Source: Kudoa neothunni (taxonomy: Eukaryota > Animalia > Cnidaria). From it: a stretch of DNA of 64,000 bases. Under the pieces are notes generated by a model that had not been told where the DNA came from, did no database searches, and was given only the letters and a program-made list of their open reading frames with translations. Every line of letters begins with the position of its first letter. The first letter of the stretch is position 1. Shown piece after piece: positions 1 through 13,297 of the stretch. Where the stretch lies: the NCBI GenBank assembly GCA_964304625.1, contig OZ199840.1:1776532-1840531 (forward strand). Reading direction: 5' to 3'. A program made the translations under genes and the position numbers.

Positions 1-1799
1 CTACGACTCTAATTTCCAAAATTCTCTACTTTAATTATTTACATCCATAATATCATTGTAAATCATTTAGACATAAAGAATAGTTAAATATTTTTCCATT
101 ATTTAACAATTTGCAAATGAAGAATCATAAATCTTTTAAATTCGAGATTTTGATCTCGTGCATATTTCTAGTTTGAAAACTCCGAAAATAAGAATATCGA
201 GTTAATTTCCGCATATAATATAAGTTTGAATTCATTCAAAAGAGACATTCTGGATAAGTATTCAAAAAATAATTTTTATGCTGAAGTTTGTAAATGATTA
301 AAAGAATTAGAGTCAATTAAACATAATTTAATAAAAACCACTACGACGTATTATTTACGTAGTAAGGCCATAAAGATGTTTCCATGGAATCATGGTCACC
401 ATCTAACAACAGGCTATCATCTTTATCGCTCCACAACTTCTGTATATTATGAGCATATTCTTTGAAATATGATTTAACGTTGCAATACATTTTGGAATGG
501 AAGGTATCGAAGTCAAATGTATTATTCCCAACCATTGAAAATCTCGTGGTGTAAAAAACTTAATCTTCTTTTTAAACATTCGACAACTAACATTACGTCG
601 TGTTTATTTAGTTTCCCTTATCAATATCGTATATTATGATTTTAATGAAAAGTTTTACGTATATTAAATTTTAGTTTGTTTCAAGTCAAATTTAATTTAT
701 GATCAAAAATTAAAAGTTTCGATGCATAGCTAAATATTACAAAAGTCACTCTCTACGGATAAATCTGATTTATAGATTCCTGAAATTATTACACTAAATA
801 TGATTTCGCATTTTTAGTTAAATAAACTATAAAAAATACTTTACGATACTTAGGTGACTCTATTTGATCCATTCCTACTTGGACCACTGCACTGAGTCTT
901 TGTGCAACTATTTTTGGTGAGGTTTCTAGGGTTGAATTAGTGAGATACTGGCAATTTCGGTTTAATTTCTCTTAACATGTTCTTGTTACCGAATAATGTG
1001 AAGGTTCTAGAAGAAAATGGGTACTATATCTCGTCCGAAAATAAAATATTAAAAATTAAATTAGTTTGAACATATACATGAGAATTTCTCCATCTTATTA
1101 TTGAATAAATTAATCTAAGTTTAGTTTTATTCCTTTTGTCATCTATAGACATAAAGTGTGATATCTGAGATAATTTTCCCATACATCAGGAGTTTTACCC
1201 ATCCTTTACCAGGTAGGAAAGCGAATAATTTATTCATGAAGAACAAAATGTGCTAAAGTTGAAGCTAGGTTATAAATTCCGCCATGATTATAGAGTTATA
1301 TTGAAACAGATCAAAGTAATGATGTATAAAAATATCATCATAAATCTTTTAAGAAATATGACAAACTACTTTCGGTGCTAATATTTATCCAAAATTACAA
1401 TAAAAATATTAAATATCATTCCTCTGTGTGTACAACAATTTATATAAAATAAAATTTACCAAATAAACTTAAAAATCATACAGATTCAAAATTTTTAAAA
1501 ATTGTACAATTTTGAAAGTTGATTATGTCAAAAGAAGAGCGAAAATTTGTACGCGCTGACAAGCGTGACGATCGCCTGATACCTAAGCGTGATTTTTGGT
1601 CACATTCAAGAATTGAAATTTTGGAATTTTTCGTGGTCACTCAATATTTTAAAAAATGAGGGAAATCATGGGATATAAGAATCGGGATTTTGCGAATGCA
1701 TGAACATGCCGAAATTTTGTACTAGATACTGCCACATTACCAAAAGTTTTATACAGAAAGAGTAAGAAACTAGTTATGGATTGCCATTTTTATCGCTTG

Positions 1800-2700
1800 C
1801 CTCTGCTTTATTACAGATTCGACACATACTTCTCAATTTTAGTTTTTAGATGGTGCTACACCTCCTCCACAGTGTTAGTATGTGTACCATCTGCTGCAAC
1901 GTATTCTAATGAATGATTGCTCTTGTAGTGATTATATACATATGTTGAAAGAGGTTGGTATGCTAACCACTCATCCGTATATATTGTAGCATCCTTCTCA
2001 ACCTCATTTACAATAAAAAGAACTATCGTATGTATATTTCGTTTTTCAACAATGGAAACACAGGATTCTATTAGATTAGGTCTTCCTACAGCCTCAACGG
2101 AATACTCACAAATCCCTAATATCCAGGATCCGTCGATACGGTTATTAAATCGTTCTCTAGAGAGGTTCGAGCTTGATGACTCCCCTTGATTATCATAATC
2201 CTCATCTTGCCACTATCAAATTTGTAACTAGCATCTGGATCGGATTGCCACCGATCTAAAGATAAGTATCGTGTGCGATGGTTTTTTCGTTACCCCTTGA
2301 GAGGGTTTCATCTATTTCGATGACCCTATCTTTTTTCCCCATTTTGACTCAAGAAAGAAAAAACCTTCCACAAATTTCTTCCATGCGGTCGAACCAAAGT
2401 ATGACAGGCTTGCCATTAATTTCAGTTAATGAAATTGTTGTTCCATGAGGAATTTCCATCGTCCACGTGAAAATTAATTCAAGAATATCTTTGATGGATA
2501 AATTTGAACAATTTTGCCCATTCTGACCTGTTATTTCAAAAACTGTTAAGTTTCTCACTGAAAAATGGGTTTCACAATCAGATCTAAAAATAATACAACG
2601 GAATGTTCTATATTAAATTACTACTTGCAGATAAATGATGGAAGATAATCTTCCCCATTTCGTGTACTCAATATGCTGGTGGTTCGTCTTCTTCTCCTTT
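1800..2700 (-). pseudogene. Merlin (IS1595/ISXO2-like) DDE transposase remnant
   Basis: Minus-strand fragments read CETHFSVRNLTVFE..LSIKDIL, RVIEIDETLSRG, GSWILGI, TIYTDEWLAY, NHSLEYVAADGTHTNTVE. These match Merlin motifs (VEIDE, WVFG, SDxW, NHS..HTNxIE); the frame is broken by stops and frameshifts. Boundaries approximate. Confidence 0.85.
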
Positions 2701-3917
2701 TTATAAGAGTCACTGTGTTATAAGTTAAAAGTAACTTTTAACTTATAACGATGACAATTGGAACATCCCGTTGGTGGTCCTTGAATAAGTTTTGTAATGA
2801 ATGCCTAACTTATTAGCTCACCAATATCATTAATAAGTTTATAAAACCTTCTTTGGGTTGAAATTCCTTCCATCACTACAACAACAACACTATAATTTGG
2901 TGCTAATTATAAGAAACTGCTTATAATAGAGATCGACAATCACCGCCCCGCAAAAGATTAAAAAGACGCGATAAACATTATAAGTTAACGATTACAGTTT
3001 AAATGATCTGTCCCATTTTTTCATCTCAGTTTCAACTCAAAACAAATAACACAAAATTTCAAGGTTTTACTTAAACATTCTTTTCGATTTAAACAGGTAT
3101 TTATTAACCTAACATTATTAAATAAATACTCACATAAAGTAATAAATAATTTTAAATGGATTCTAGCTGATAATATTTAAAGAAACTTTGGCAGCGTCCA
3201 GCATTAAAGGAAGATGATTCCGCTTGACTCTTTATTACACCGTTGCCATTATTTAACCATACAAATATTTTTTTCTTTTATTTTACATAAAGTTGCGGTA
3301 ATAATAAGTAAATTTGGGTATGCAAAAATAAATAGGCATCATCCCAGCAAGTTGTATAGATCCTACTAGAGTTGTCAGTTTCTGTGTTAACCAGCCCATG
3401 CCTTTGTTACCGTTTGACATTGTGGCCCGGAACACAAAAGCCGTTGCCGATCTCTAATTTTTGTTAAAGAAATAACGATCAAAAACATAAAAACGTTAGT
3501 CACTAGTCTTAAATTATCAACAAACATGGTTGTACAAATTATCTCAATAAAATAAAACTTTTTAAATCCGAAAACCGATAAAAAGTCCTTTTATGTATGT
3601 TGGATAAGAGATTAAACTAATTTTCGATGAATAAAGCACGAAGAAATCCAGCTAAAATGACATATAAGACAATAACTGAGATTCTCGACTCTTTCGAATG
3701 GCCACGATTGATAAAAAAGGTTAGAATTTTATTTTAGAATTTGTGGTGTTGTTTTCTCATCACTCAATATTTAAAAATTGTGGTAAGTTGATATTAAGTG
3801 AAATTGAGAATGTGGGCATGCGAAACTAGGTTAAATTTTGGAGCCACACAGTATACCATTATCTTAATTTTTTCTTCAGATGTCCATTCGTTGTACGGTT
3901 TATTACATATATTTTTG

Positions 3918-4963
3918 AGTTAAAGTTTAGTCCCCCCCCCCTTCGGCGCTCGCCGATTACCCGCCATCGGTACTAATCGGGGTTCCGGCCGTTTACATTT
4001 TCCGGAGTATGCTTCCCACAATCTTCAATTACGAAAATTTAGATAACCTAAATTTTGAAGACTTATGTTACTTCAAGGATCATCCTGAAGATTTAATTAT
4101 TTTTTTCCAGCAACTTGACTTGCTACCAACATCAATGGTTTGTTCCTGTGGAGGTCAAATTAAACTTTCTCTGAAGAACAATTAAACATATTTATATTTT
4201 GTAGATTTTGTTTTATTGTGAAAATCTATATAATTATGTCTTTTTCCAATCGTCAAATAATAAATATCTTTAGTAAATTACGGAGAAATTAAGTTTGTTT
4301 TAATTAATGGTATGTGATAACCTATTATTTTTTAGAATTATTATATATATATATATATATATAAAATAACAAAATCTTCCGAAAATTAAGTTAAAAGAGA
4401 TTATTTTACATTAACATAGTCTCATTAGGATACAATTAAAAAAGAAATGGTGTGATATGTGGTTTTTATCCATTTAAAAACTATTAAAATTATATTAAGA
4501 TACAAATATCATGAGTCGACATATTGTTTTAGTTTATACATTTTTTTAGAAAGAACATGTTGTAAAGTATAAAAAATATTTACTATTTATATTTAAAATG
4601 TAATCTTATTTTAGATTTTATACCGTTATCTATCATTTGTTTTAAAAAATAACAAGTAAAATTTATAAATAATCTATAATACCATCCGAAATATTCATTT
4701 ATATATAATTCTTAAATTAAATGATAAAAACTTGTAATAACTTACATTTTATTATATTGTTATGCACACAAATTGACACCTTATATTTTTTTAACATTTA
4801 AAATAATACATATTTTATTTTTTTATCGATATATTTTGTTTAATTACGTCTAACTAAAGTAGACTAGATTTTATTGGGTTTATATGTTATGAAACGTTCC
4901 CCGATTAGTACCGATGACGAGTAATCGGCGGACGCCGAAGGGGGGAGGAACTGAACTTTAACC
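3918..4963 (+). mobile_element. Non-autonomous Merlin element (internal deletion derivative)
   Basis: ~65 bp GC-rich TIRs (AGTTAAAGTTTAGTCCCC..CTTCGGCG..CATCGGTACTAATCGGGG and its reverse complement). Perfect 8-bp TSD TATTTTTG at 3910-3917 and 4964-4971. A short ORF from 4009 ends LLPTSMVCSCGGQIKL, resembling a Merlin N-terminal Zn ribbon. Confidence 0.85.
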
Positions 4964-5722
4964 TATTTTTGTTATGCATCTTTTTCTAAACTCCAAAAAC
5001 AATTGCAATAGGCATCGTTGTTCTTTATATGGAATATTGCGCCCATTCCGATCAGAATCAACCAGAATTTAAATCTCCTAATACCTACCATAAGAAGTTT
5101 AAGATGAGATAATGAGCTGTTGCTGAATGGATCAGCTCCCAACATGATGGTGTAATTGTACTGATTATAAATTAGAAATCAGCTTATGCATATAGGATAT
5201 TTCTATAAATCCCAAAAATCCCCTATCGGAGAAGAAATTACTGCAATATTCTTTATTTTAATTGACTGTTGAAAAAAGTTGTTTAGTTGATGCTTTACTT
5301 TGTTTTGACTAGATAAACCGATCCCATTCTAGGAATCTAGACTAGGGAACACGTCAATATATAAAGATATAATTTTGTAATATTTTTTTTAAAATAAAAA
5401 TAAGACACAATTTTCAGATTATATTAAAATTTTTGTGTCATTTCCAACGAGAAAATAATTGAGATTGGAAGGTTTATTATCCGTAAGGATGGTCATTTAA
5501 TCCATCTTATAACTCAATAATCTGTCATAACGAGGTGCATTTAGTTTGCGTACAATGTTTTAGTAGTTTGTATATAGTTGGAATCACTTAATCCTTATAT
5601 AATAGTAAAAAGAAGTTGGAGATTTATATTTTATAATACTTGGGTTATATAGATTAGGTATTAATTTTAAAATGCCGATACCCGTTAGAACGCGCACGCA
5701 ATAGTTAACCCCTTTAACACAA

Positions 5723-6873
5723 ATGAAAAACGTGTTTTTTAAAAAGTTGGTCAATAATGCGAAATTCAAAATTTTTTATGTTGGATTTTTGCTGTTAATT
5801 GTTAACTTTGTTTTCGCTGGTTACAGTGTGATATCATCGTTTTATGTGAAAGGAAAGAACGATTTGTGGTTGGTGACATTCTACAGAGTGCTTATTGCCA
5901 CTCCCGTTAGTATGCTAATGGCATTATTGGTTGAGGGGAAATTCGAATTATGGTATAATCAATGGAGGTAATTTTTCCGAATAGGTGGAATTTTACATAA
6001 TCGACTTTTTGAATTTATTTAATTTTCATTGATTTTTTTTCAATTTGATTCGATCTATAACACTTTAGTACGATGCTCTTCTTTGTGGTTTTTGGAGTAA
6101 CCTCTACAGCGTTAAATCCGATCATGTACCTAACGGTGATTGAGTATACTTATGCAGCCTACGTGTCTATATTAGCCCAATTGATACCCATTTTTTCGTC
6201 ATTGTTGTCTATAATTTTGAAATTGGAACCACTCCCATCAATCAAAGATAAATCCACAATTATGAGGTTTGTTGGCATTGTTCTGGGGGTCGGTTTCGCT
6301 ACTGGAGTTTGTGTGGTTCCATTGGTAGACACTCCTCCAAACTTTATCCCCAAAGATTGGATTATTGGTACAATTATTGGAATAATAAACAATTTGACAT
6401 TCTCGTGTTATTTGGTGTTACAAATGAAATTATTCTACAGAAATCCAGATAGTCCTCTTCAACTTAAACCCTTCACTGTTAATTGTTTATGCACTCTCTA
6501 CGGAACCATCACTTATTCCATTATATTTCTAATATATTATTTTGTCCATAAGGGAACCCTACTACACGATAATGATATTGCTATTCCTGCTTTCTATTCT
6601 GGACTGTTGAACGTTGCGATTGGATTTGGTCTTCTAACCTATTGTATAAAGCACTCGTCGGCTATTATTTCCAGTTGTTTGTTCTCGATCCAAATCGCAA
6701 CCAGTCTTGTTCTACTAAGGTTATTCAATCGTGCCAGTCTAGCCACCACCCAATATATATTGTGCCCATTTCTACTACTTTCTGGCTTAATGGTTGTACT
6801 TTCACCATTACTCAATCCCAAAAAAAAACCCGCTCCACCTGGCAATGAAACTGAAATAAAGGAGCTTGATTAA
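5723..6873 (+). CDS. EamA/DMT-superfamily transporter (WAT1/UMAMIT-like), paralogue 1; 2 exons (5723-5967, 6069-6873)
   Basis: GT-AG phase-2 intron 5968-6068 joins the two ORFs in frame, giving ~350 aa with ~10 hydrophobic helices. Motifs FYRVLIA, AAYVSILAQLIPIFS..ILKLE, SCYLVLQ are typical of two EamA repeats. Confidence 0.85.
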
Positions 6874-8095
6874 CTACGAAATAATTAGTCTATTATATTT
6901 CTATATGGAAACTATTTTGTTTCTTTGAATATATTTTAAATTATGAATATAGATACTTTAAACACTGTGTTTACCTGTCGAAATATTTGGATCGCATATT
7001 AGTACATCACTTGCGCTCAATTAAAAGGGAGAACTGAATCTCATTTTTGATGGAATCATTGGATTCCATGAATTTCTGCATGAGAATACGTGCGTTTCGC
7101 CCTTTTTTAATATTTTAATCAATAAGTCATTCAATTATACCTCTGCCTTGATTTATTAAATTTTATCAAAATTCTTATGTAAGCGAATGAGATTTAACAA
7201 ATTAAATATTTAATTCTCTCCTAGTAACGGTTGTAGTTTTTTATTATATTAACGATAAATCTTGTAGTCTGTGAAGTAAGTAATGACCTTCTAAACCGAT
7301 TATGCAACAAAAAAATCTTTAAATATGTTAACTAAATTAGAATATACGTTTAATTGAAATATTTTATCCCTCACATTGACGGATCTTCAAATTATTCTAT
7401 ATACGTGTTTTATTGGCGTGTTGTATCGGATAAAAACAATCTGCAGTTTTTTATTCGTCCATACGTGCATAAACGTTTTTTCAACTCTGAGAATATTTTT
7501 TGGATTAAAAACCTTTTTAATCGTTTGTAAAATTTTACAGATGAATACACAATTTTTCTTTCATCAAAATCGTTATCATTTAAACCTTTTCAAAAAGTAA
7601 TTTTTGATATCAGGATTCGTTTTATTTAAAACGTTTACTACTAGTTATACTGTAAAATTTATTTACTTTGGTTTTGAATATTTTTTATATTTATCACAAT
7701 TTTTTCACAAACTTTGATAATATCGTTGTTATTTGATTATGTAAACTATATTATCGTCAAATAGTTGAACGTGCTTATTACCCTTCTGACGGGGTATATT
7801 CTTTACTGAGAAATATTTTATGTCGAGATAATCTGTAATAAACAGTTTGATTGATTAATGATCATTCTCGTAGGGTTTGTAAAATAACAACATGTATACA
7901 TATGGATCGGCAAGTGTAGGCTTGGAAATTTCTGAACATTGGTAGGTAATAACGATGGGACGATAGTACGCATTATGGGACCGTGTGGAACATGTGTAAT
8001 TCCGTATTTTATCAATTTTTCATCTATTTTGTTTTAGAATATTATTCATAAAATATTAATAAATAAAAATACCTTTTTAAATTTAGTCTGATTAA

Positions 8096-9406
8096 CCCTC
8101 TAAGGAAGTGTTTCCCAACGTGGGCCCCACGCTCCGTTGCGAAAGTATCGAAATTTTTGGATCTTTAATGAACTGCTCTGGTGGGTGGTGGAAAATCTTG
8201 AGTGTTGGTGTTACACACATAATTATGACATAATTAGAAAAGGTGAAGTACTTTGAAATCCATATAGCAATACAGCGATATACGATATCGTTTATTTTTA
8301 TGTAACGGTTAATATCATGAAAAATATAAAAAGCAATTTCTAATTATTTGAAAATTAATCACAATATTTGGCGTGTCCTTCACCCAAATAAAATCAGAAT
8401 AGTTTGAATCTCAATCATGTCTTATTTTAAATCAAATATCCAGTTTTTTAATCTAATCTAATATAATATTGATTAATTACGTATTTATACTATTTATTTT
8501 GGGTTCATTAACCCTGTATACACGTAAGTCTTTCCTAATGGAGGTTGGATTATCAAGGGTTTCACTTTATGCTGTTTTTAAAGGAACGAAGAGCTAAAGA
8601 GGTAAATTTTTAAGGTCCATGGATAAATTAAGTTAGATCTGATTGATAAAATTTTAATTTTAATAAGAAAAGAGATATATATTAATTTATTTCAAATTTT
8701 AATGAGATGGAGAGCTTTATTCTAAATTATAAACAATTTAAGTTAAAAAAATCAATAATTTTGAAGGAAGCGGAGCACGGAACTTTTTTTCAAGAAAAAG
8801 TGGGACGCGATAAAAAAAAAGTTGGAATACACTGCTTTACGGTATCAATGAACAAACTATCCCCAACGATTTTGGGAGCGAAATTCATACCAGAGTTTGT
8901 TTAAGTAAATTAAAAAAATTGTAATAAATTTGTTCATAATTCATTATAAGCCTTGACACGTTACATTAGGAGAAAAGTGACATCACTCGCATTACTAATG
9001 CTCATAAAACCGTATACGACTAATGTCATAAGTCACAAATTCTTCTGTAACGCACAGAAGTAAAATATGTAACTACGATGTATTTTATTTTAATTTCTAA
9101 TTTAATTTATTTTTTCAATATAATGAGTTAAGATAGAATTCATTTTGAACAATAAACACATTTTTTGGATGAATAATAAAGGAAAAATTATGATTGGGGT
9201 GAATTACATCCCATAATCTTTGGAGGGTGTTTTTTAAATTTTAATGAGTCTCCACATTTTTTTAAAAACCAAACACTCACAAACTCTACATAAATAAATT
9301 TATAGGTATAGCAATAATTTCAGAAGCATTAAAAAATCAATGAAAGAATATATTATAGGATTAAAACTTGTTTGGGGGAGAATTTCACCCCAAAATCCTT
9401 AAAGGG
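8096..9406 (-). mobile_element. Non-autonomous piggyBac element, interrupted by a hAT MITE in its terminus
   Basis: TTAA-CCCTCTAAGG at left and CCTTAAAGGG-TTTA at right. Subterminal palindromes TGGGG(N)nCCCCA at ~9195 and ~9373, as in the other piggyBacs here. Confidence 0.75.
8106..8834 (+). mobile_element. hAT (Buster/Charlie-type) MITE, family A copy 1
   Basis: TIRs AAGTGTTTCCCAAC / GTTGGAATACACTG. 8-bp TSD CTCTAAGG / CTTTACGG with central TA. Homologous along its length to 15226-15943 and 37802-38732. Confidence 0.85.
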
Positions 9407-9557
9407 TTTATACTAAAATATATGTGGTTACTTCCTTTTAGATTTAAAAGTTGGTGAAATTAATAATCTAAAATATGAAGAAAAAATACGCGATGATTCA
9501 CCCATTCAACCTGAAATATTAAAAATCAATGGAAACGGAAAAAACGATATTCTAGAT

Positions 9558-9620
9558 CAGTGGTGGGAAAAGTGCAGTCCGCGGAGGAGTTCAGCAAGTT
9601 GAACAATTGGGCGAGCGCAC
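9558..9620 (+). mobile_element. Left terminus of another hAT element (other end not identified)
   Basis: CAGTGGTGGGAAAAGTGCAGTCCGCGG preceded by TTCTAGAT, an NTCTAGAN-type Charlie target. Confidence 0.5.
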
Positions 9621-10103
9621 ACGATTTTCATAATCTATTAACACCAAAACAACGTTTTTCTTCCATAAACCAACTCAAAAATAACTTTTTGACAAATATT
9701 TTAGATTTATAAACATTAATTTCACTCGATTAAGTTATCCAATTTGATATTTTAAACGTATATTTTAATGCTCAAAAGATTGAGTAGTCCAGTCCATATA
9801 CCAAAAGTTAGAATCATACTCAACCATTATAGTAGAAAACCACTGGAGTGGTTGACCGACTCCCATGGGAACACACTTAAGTTTTTTGAACATTGTCTTT
9901 CGAGGGTTAATTTATAAACGATTTTTACTATTTATTAAATGAAATAGTTTAACTTTTGCAACTAAGATTGAAAAGATTGGAATATTTATTAACTAAGAAT
10001 ATGGACACTTAAAAGAAGATATAACACATGATCAGGGAAGAAAAGCACGTCTGCAATGAAGTATTCAACGTATTTAAATAATCTTTTCTAAATGCTAGTT
10101 TAA

Positions 10104-12497
10104 CCCTCTAAAGACGCAAAAAGACTACCCTCCAATTACTTTGGGGTCAATATGACCCCAGATTTTTATTCGATAAGTTTTAGTAATAAATTTTTATATA
10201 CTTATTGGTAAATTTTTGAAATTATTCTATCGGAAGAGTTTCGAATAAAACAATAATAAATAATCAATTAATCCGCCTTAATCACGTTCGCAACATCACT
10301 CCCTTCATCGTCTACTCTCGTTAAATTAATATCCTTAAGAATATCCGTTTTTAGGACAAAAAATTACATATCTATAATTTTTATAGGAAAAATGCACTCT
10401 ATAATTATATTCAAAAGAGAATCTATGTAATAATTCAAACGATTGCAACATTTGTTGGATGAGTGTACTTGGCAGTAAGGTTTATTACAATCCGAACAAC
10501 GAAGGAACATTTTTTTATCATTTCCACGAGGGCAATAACTACATCGTGCCCTCTGATTTTTAATTTGAGGGACATTTGTAATTGGTTCGGAGAAAGGTGA
10601 TTTTCTTTTGACAACTTTGTTATTATTTGAATTTCGATTGATAAGTGGTTGGTAGAGAGCTTCAGCGATTTCTTTTTGAAAGTTACGACGGGTTTTATTT
10701 TGGCTATTAAAAATATTCTTGTATAATGCAAAAACATTAATCAAGGATAGATCGAGAATATTGAAAAAAACTATCATTGGCCATCTGCGGTTGAATCCGC
10801 GAACAGAAACTGAGGCAAGCATTCGGTCAATGGTGTCCACTCCCCCTTTCGCTTTATTGTAGCATATGATCATTTCAAGTTTTTTTTTGTGTGAGGTATC
10901 AAAGATGTTAATATTGGTGGTTCCAATTGAAATTAGAATGACAGCTTTATTTTTTTTGTTGACATACGACGTTAGCATATTTTTCTCAAAACGGGCAAAA
11001 GTTGTACTATATAATTCCCTTTTCTCGAAGCAAGCACACAGCTTGGAAGTCCCCTTTTTGTTGTGTCGAATAGTACCCAAATATGTCAATTTTTTTTGTA
11101 GTAGCTTTAATGCAAGTGAAAAAGAAGAAAGAAATTATTAGTCACGATATTTACTTCTGAATGATGTATCAGTTCAGAGAGTGATAGAACAATATCTTCA
11201 GCAACATTTAAGTTTCATTCGTTATTTCCATTTTTAACCAGATACGGAGAGATTTTTAAAACAAACTTTTCAATTGGGTTAACAAGTAAAAAATACTTTA
11301 GGCCATGCTTTGCTGGTTTCAAAGGCATATATTGCCTAAATGGGGTGTCTTCCCTTGAACGAAACCAACTGCTCGTCAATTGTGACGTCTTGAACTGGGT
11401 AGAAACATTTTGGAAATTATCTTTCCACATTTCCCACACCTCACGTATTGGGTAAAATTTATCCGTGGTTCTTCTCTCTGATCTATTTTTTACGTCATCG
11501 AAATGAAGAGATCGTGAGATTTGTTAAAATCTTGTCCTCGAAAAAATTTGTCTGTACATTTCTTTGCCTTCAGAAACCTTGAACAATTCTGTAATGGGCT
11601 CCTCCCGATCTTTTTTAACAAACATAAGGATAAGAATACCTAAATATCCATCAAACTCTGTGTAGTCGATGCCAGTCCAATTATCTTTAAAATGGCTACG
11701 CCCAAAAGTGTTCGTACATGCAATAATTCTTTCACGAATACTTGTACTGAACATTATGGAAAGACAGTCAAGAATATTACGAACTCTTTGTAAACAATAA
11801 GCCGTCGGACCGGGATGCGAGTTCATTTTATTTTCAGCTGATGTTTTAGAAACAACAGGTTTGGTTAAGCTCCAGGTGATTCCACTTTACTAGTTGTGAA
11901 GCTATCGGTTTCAACAATTTCCAAAAGTTCATCTGACAATTCATATTCACCATTTGATATATCAACACCATTCATCATCCCGCGATAAAAATGCGCATAA
12001 TATTGTGGTTGCTCATGTATTATTGTAATATAATGTTGAATAAAACAAGATCATTGCTTTATCATGTAATTTATTATAGTTAAAATATAGTTCAAAATAT
12101 ATTATTTTCTAATTAACTCTTAAAACAATCACAATACAATTTTGTTAATTCAATGATCATGAGCGAAATGAAGATGCAATAAGCCGATGAAGATTAAATG
12201 AGATTAATTAATGTATATAATATCTTTTTACTCGAAATTCAACCATTAGAATTTTTTTAATATTTTACCATTGTGATTATAAAAATTTATCAATAAAATA
12301 TATCAAACAAAAATCTGGGCCCATATTGACCCCAATGTAATTGGAGGATAGATTTTTTTATTATTTTTCGTTGAAATTACCACTACAAAATAATAGGAGA
12401 ATAGATGGAATCTTGTGACATAAAGATGAAACCTAACAAAGTTACTGGAGAATTAATTAGGCTTTGGGGTCAGATTGACCCCAATGTCCATAGAGGG
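10104..12497 (-). mobile_element. Full-length but decayed piggyBac transposon
   Basis: TTAA on both sides (10100-10103, 12498-12501), TIR CCCTCTA..GAC, and a ~40 bp subterminal inverted repeat (~10126-10166 vs ~12311-12351) containing the palindrome GGGGTCAATATGACCCC. Confidence 0.95.
10364..11980 (-). pseudogene. piggyBac (PGBD4-like) transposase pseudogene
   Basis: Fragments FRQYMPLKPAKHGLK, YLGTIRHNK, YNKAKGGVDTIDR, RRWPMIVFFNILD and a C-terminal Cys-rich domain (CSYC..CSDCNKPYCQVH); split by stops and frameshifts. Confidence 0.95.
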
Positions 12498-12667
12498 TTA
12501 ATATACACAGAGGCATATGTTCCGATATAGTGAAAATTTATATTAGAATTGAATGCTCAAATTGAGTTCCAGAAGAAGAATTTATAAATAAAAATCCTAG
12601 AAATATTTTTACTTTAAATATTTTATTTTTATATGTGCTACATTGTATATGTCGTATGGTGATGGGT

Positions 12668-12828
12668 GGTACGTTTATCCAGAATTATGATTAAATAGTT
12701 CTCCGGTTTTCAGTACCGTAAATCCGGATAATCGAACATTTATCGACACTTAGTTTCAATATAATCCTAATAAAATTTAAAATCTCTTCCGGATAGCGCT
12801 ATTTTCGGATTATCGAGGTTCAACTATA
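12668..12828 (-). mobile_element. Probable pogo/Tigger-type MITE end
   Basis: Reverse strand begins TA-TAGTTGAACCTCGATAATCCG with repeated CCGGATAA(TCG) motifs; partner TIR not found. Confidence 0.4.
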
Positions 12829-13297
12829 TACGGAGTCGTCTATTCAAGTTTATCGGATTGACGGAATTTTCCTCATAATAACTAGCTTTGTATTCTATGA
12901 ATGGCCATTACAAACTTTTAAATATAAACAGTATATTGCTGATAATATTCTAAATAACAAACTATATAAAAATCGTTGAGATGGATTACAGCCCGTAAAT
13001 TTTGGGAAGGAGTGCGTTTTTGTGCATTTAGAGGAGTAAGTGATTATTGAGAATGAAGAATTTTATTTATTTTGGGGCTATTAAATTGTAAAACATGTTT
13101 TTTGAGTAAATTTAAAAATTCCTGAACTATTTTACTCTTAATTAAAAAAGATACAAACATCAAATATGAAATATAAAATTTAATGAACTAAACAAAAATA
13201 TACGTATTTTTCACGGGTTAATTCATGTTTAATATGATATATCTATTATATCCCTACCTATATAACAAATTAATTTCGTTTTTAATTAATAATGATT

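Noticed and set aside
341-535. Possible exon of a gene running off the left edge
   Set aside because: No recognisable motif and no supportable gene model.
1605-3857. Diverged direct repeat (~1605-1730 vs ~3720-3857) as LTRs
   Set aside because: Low identity, no TG..CA ends or PBS/PPT, and the interior is a Merlin remnant; more likely two decayed TE ends.
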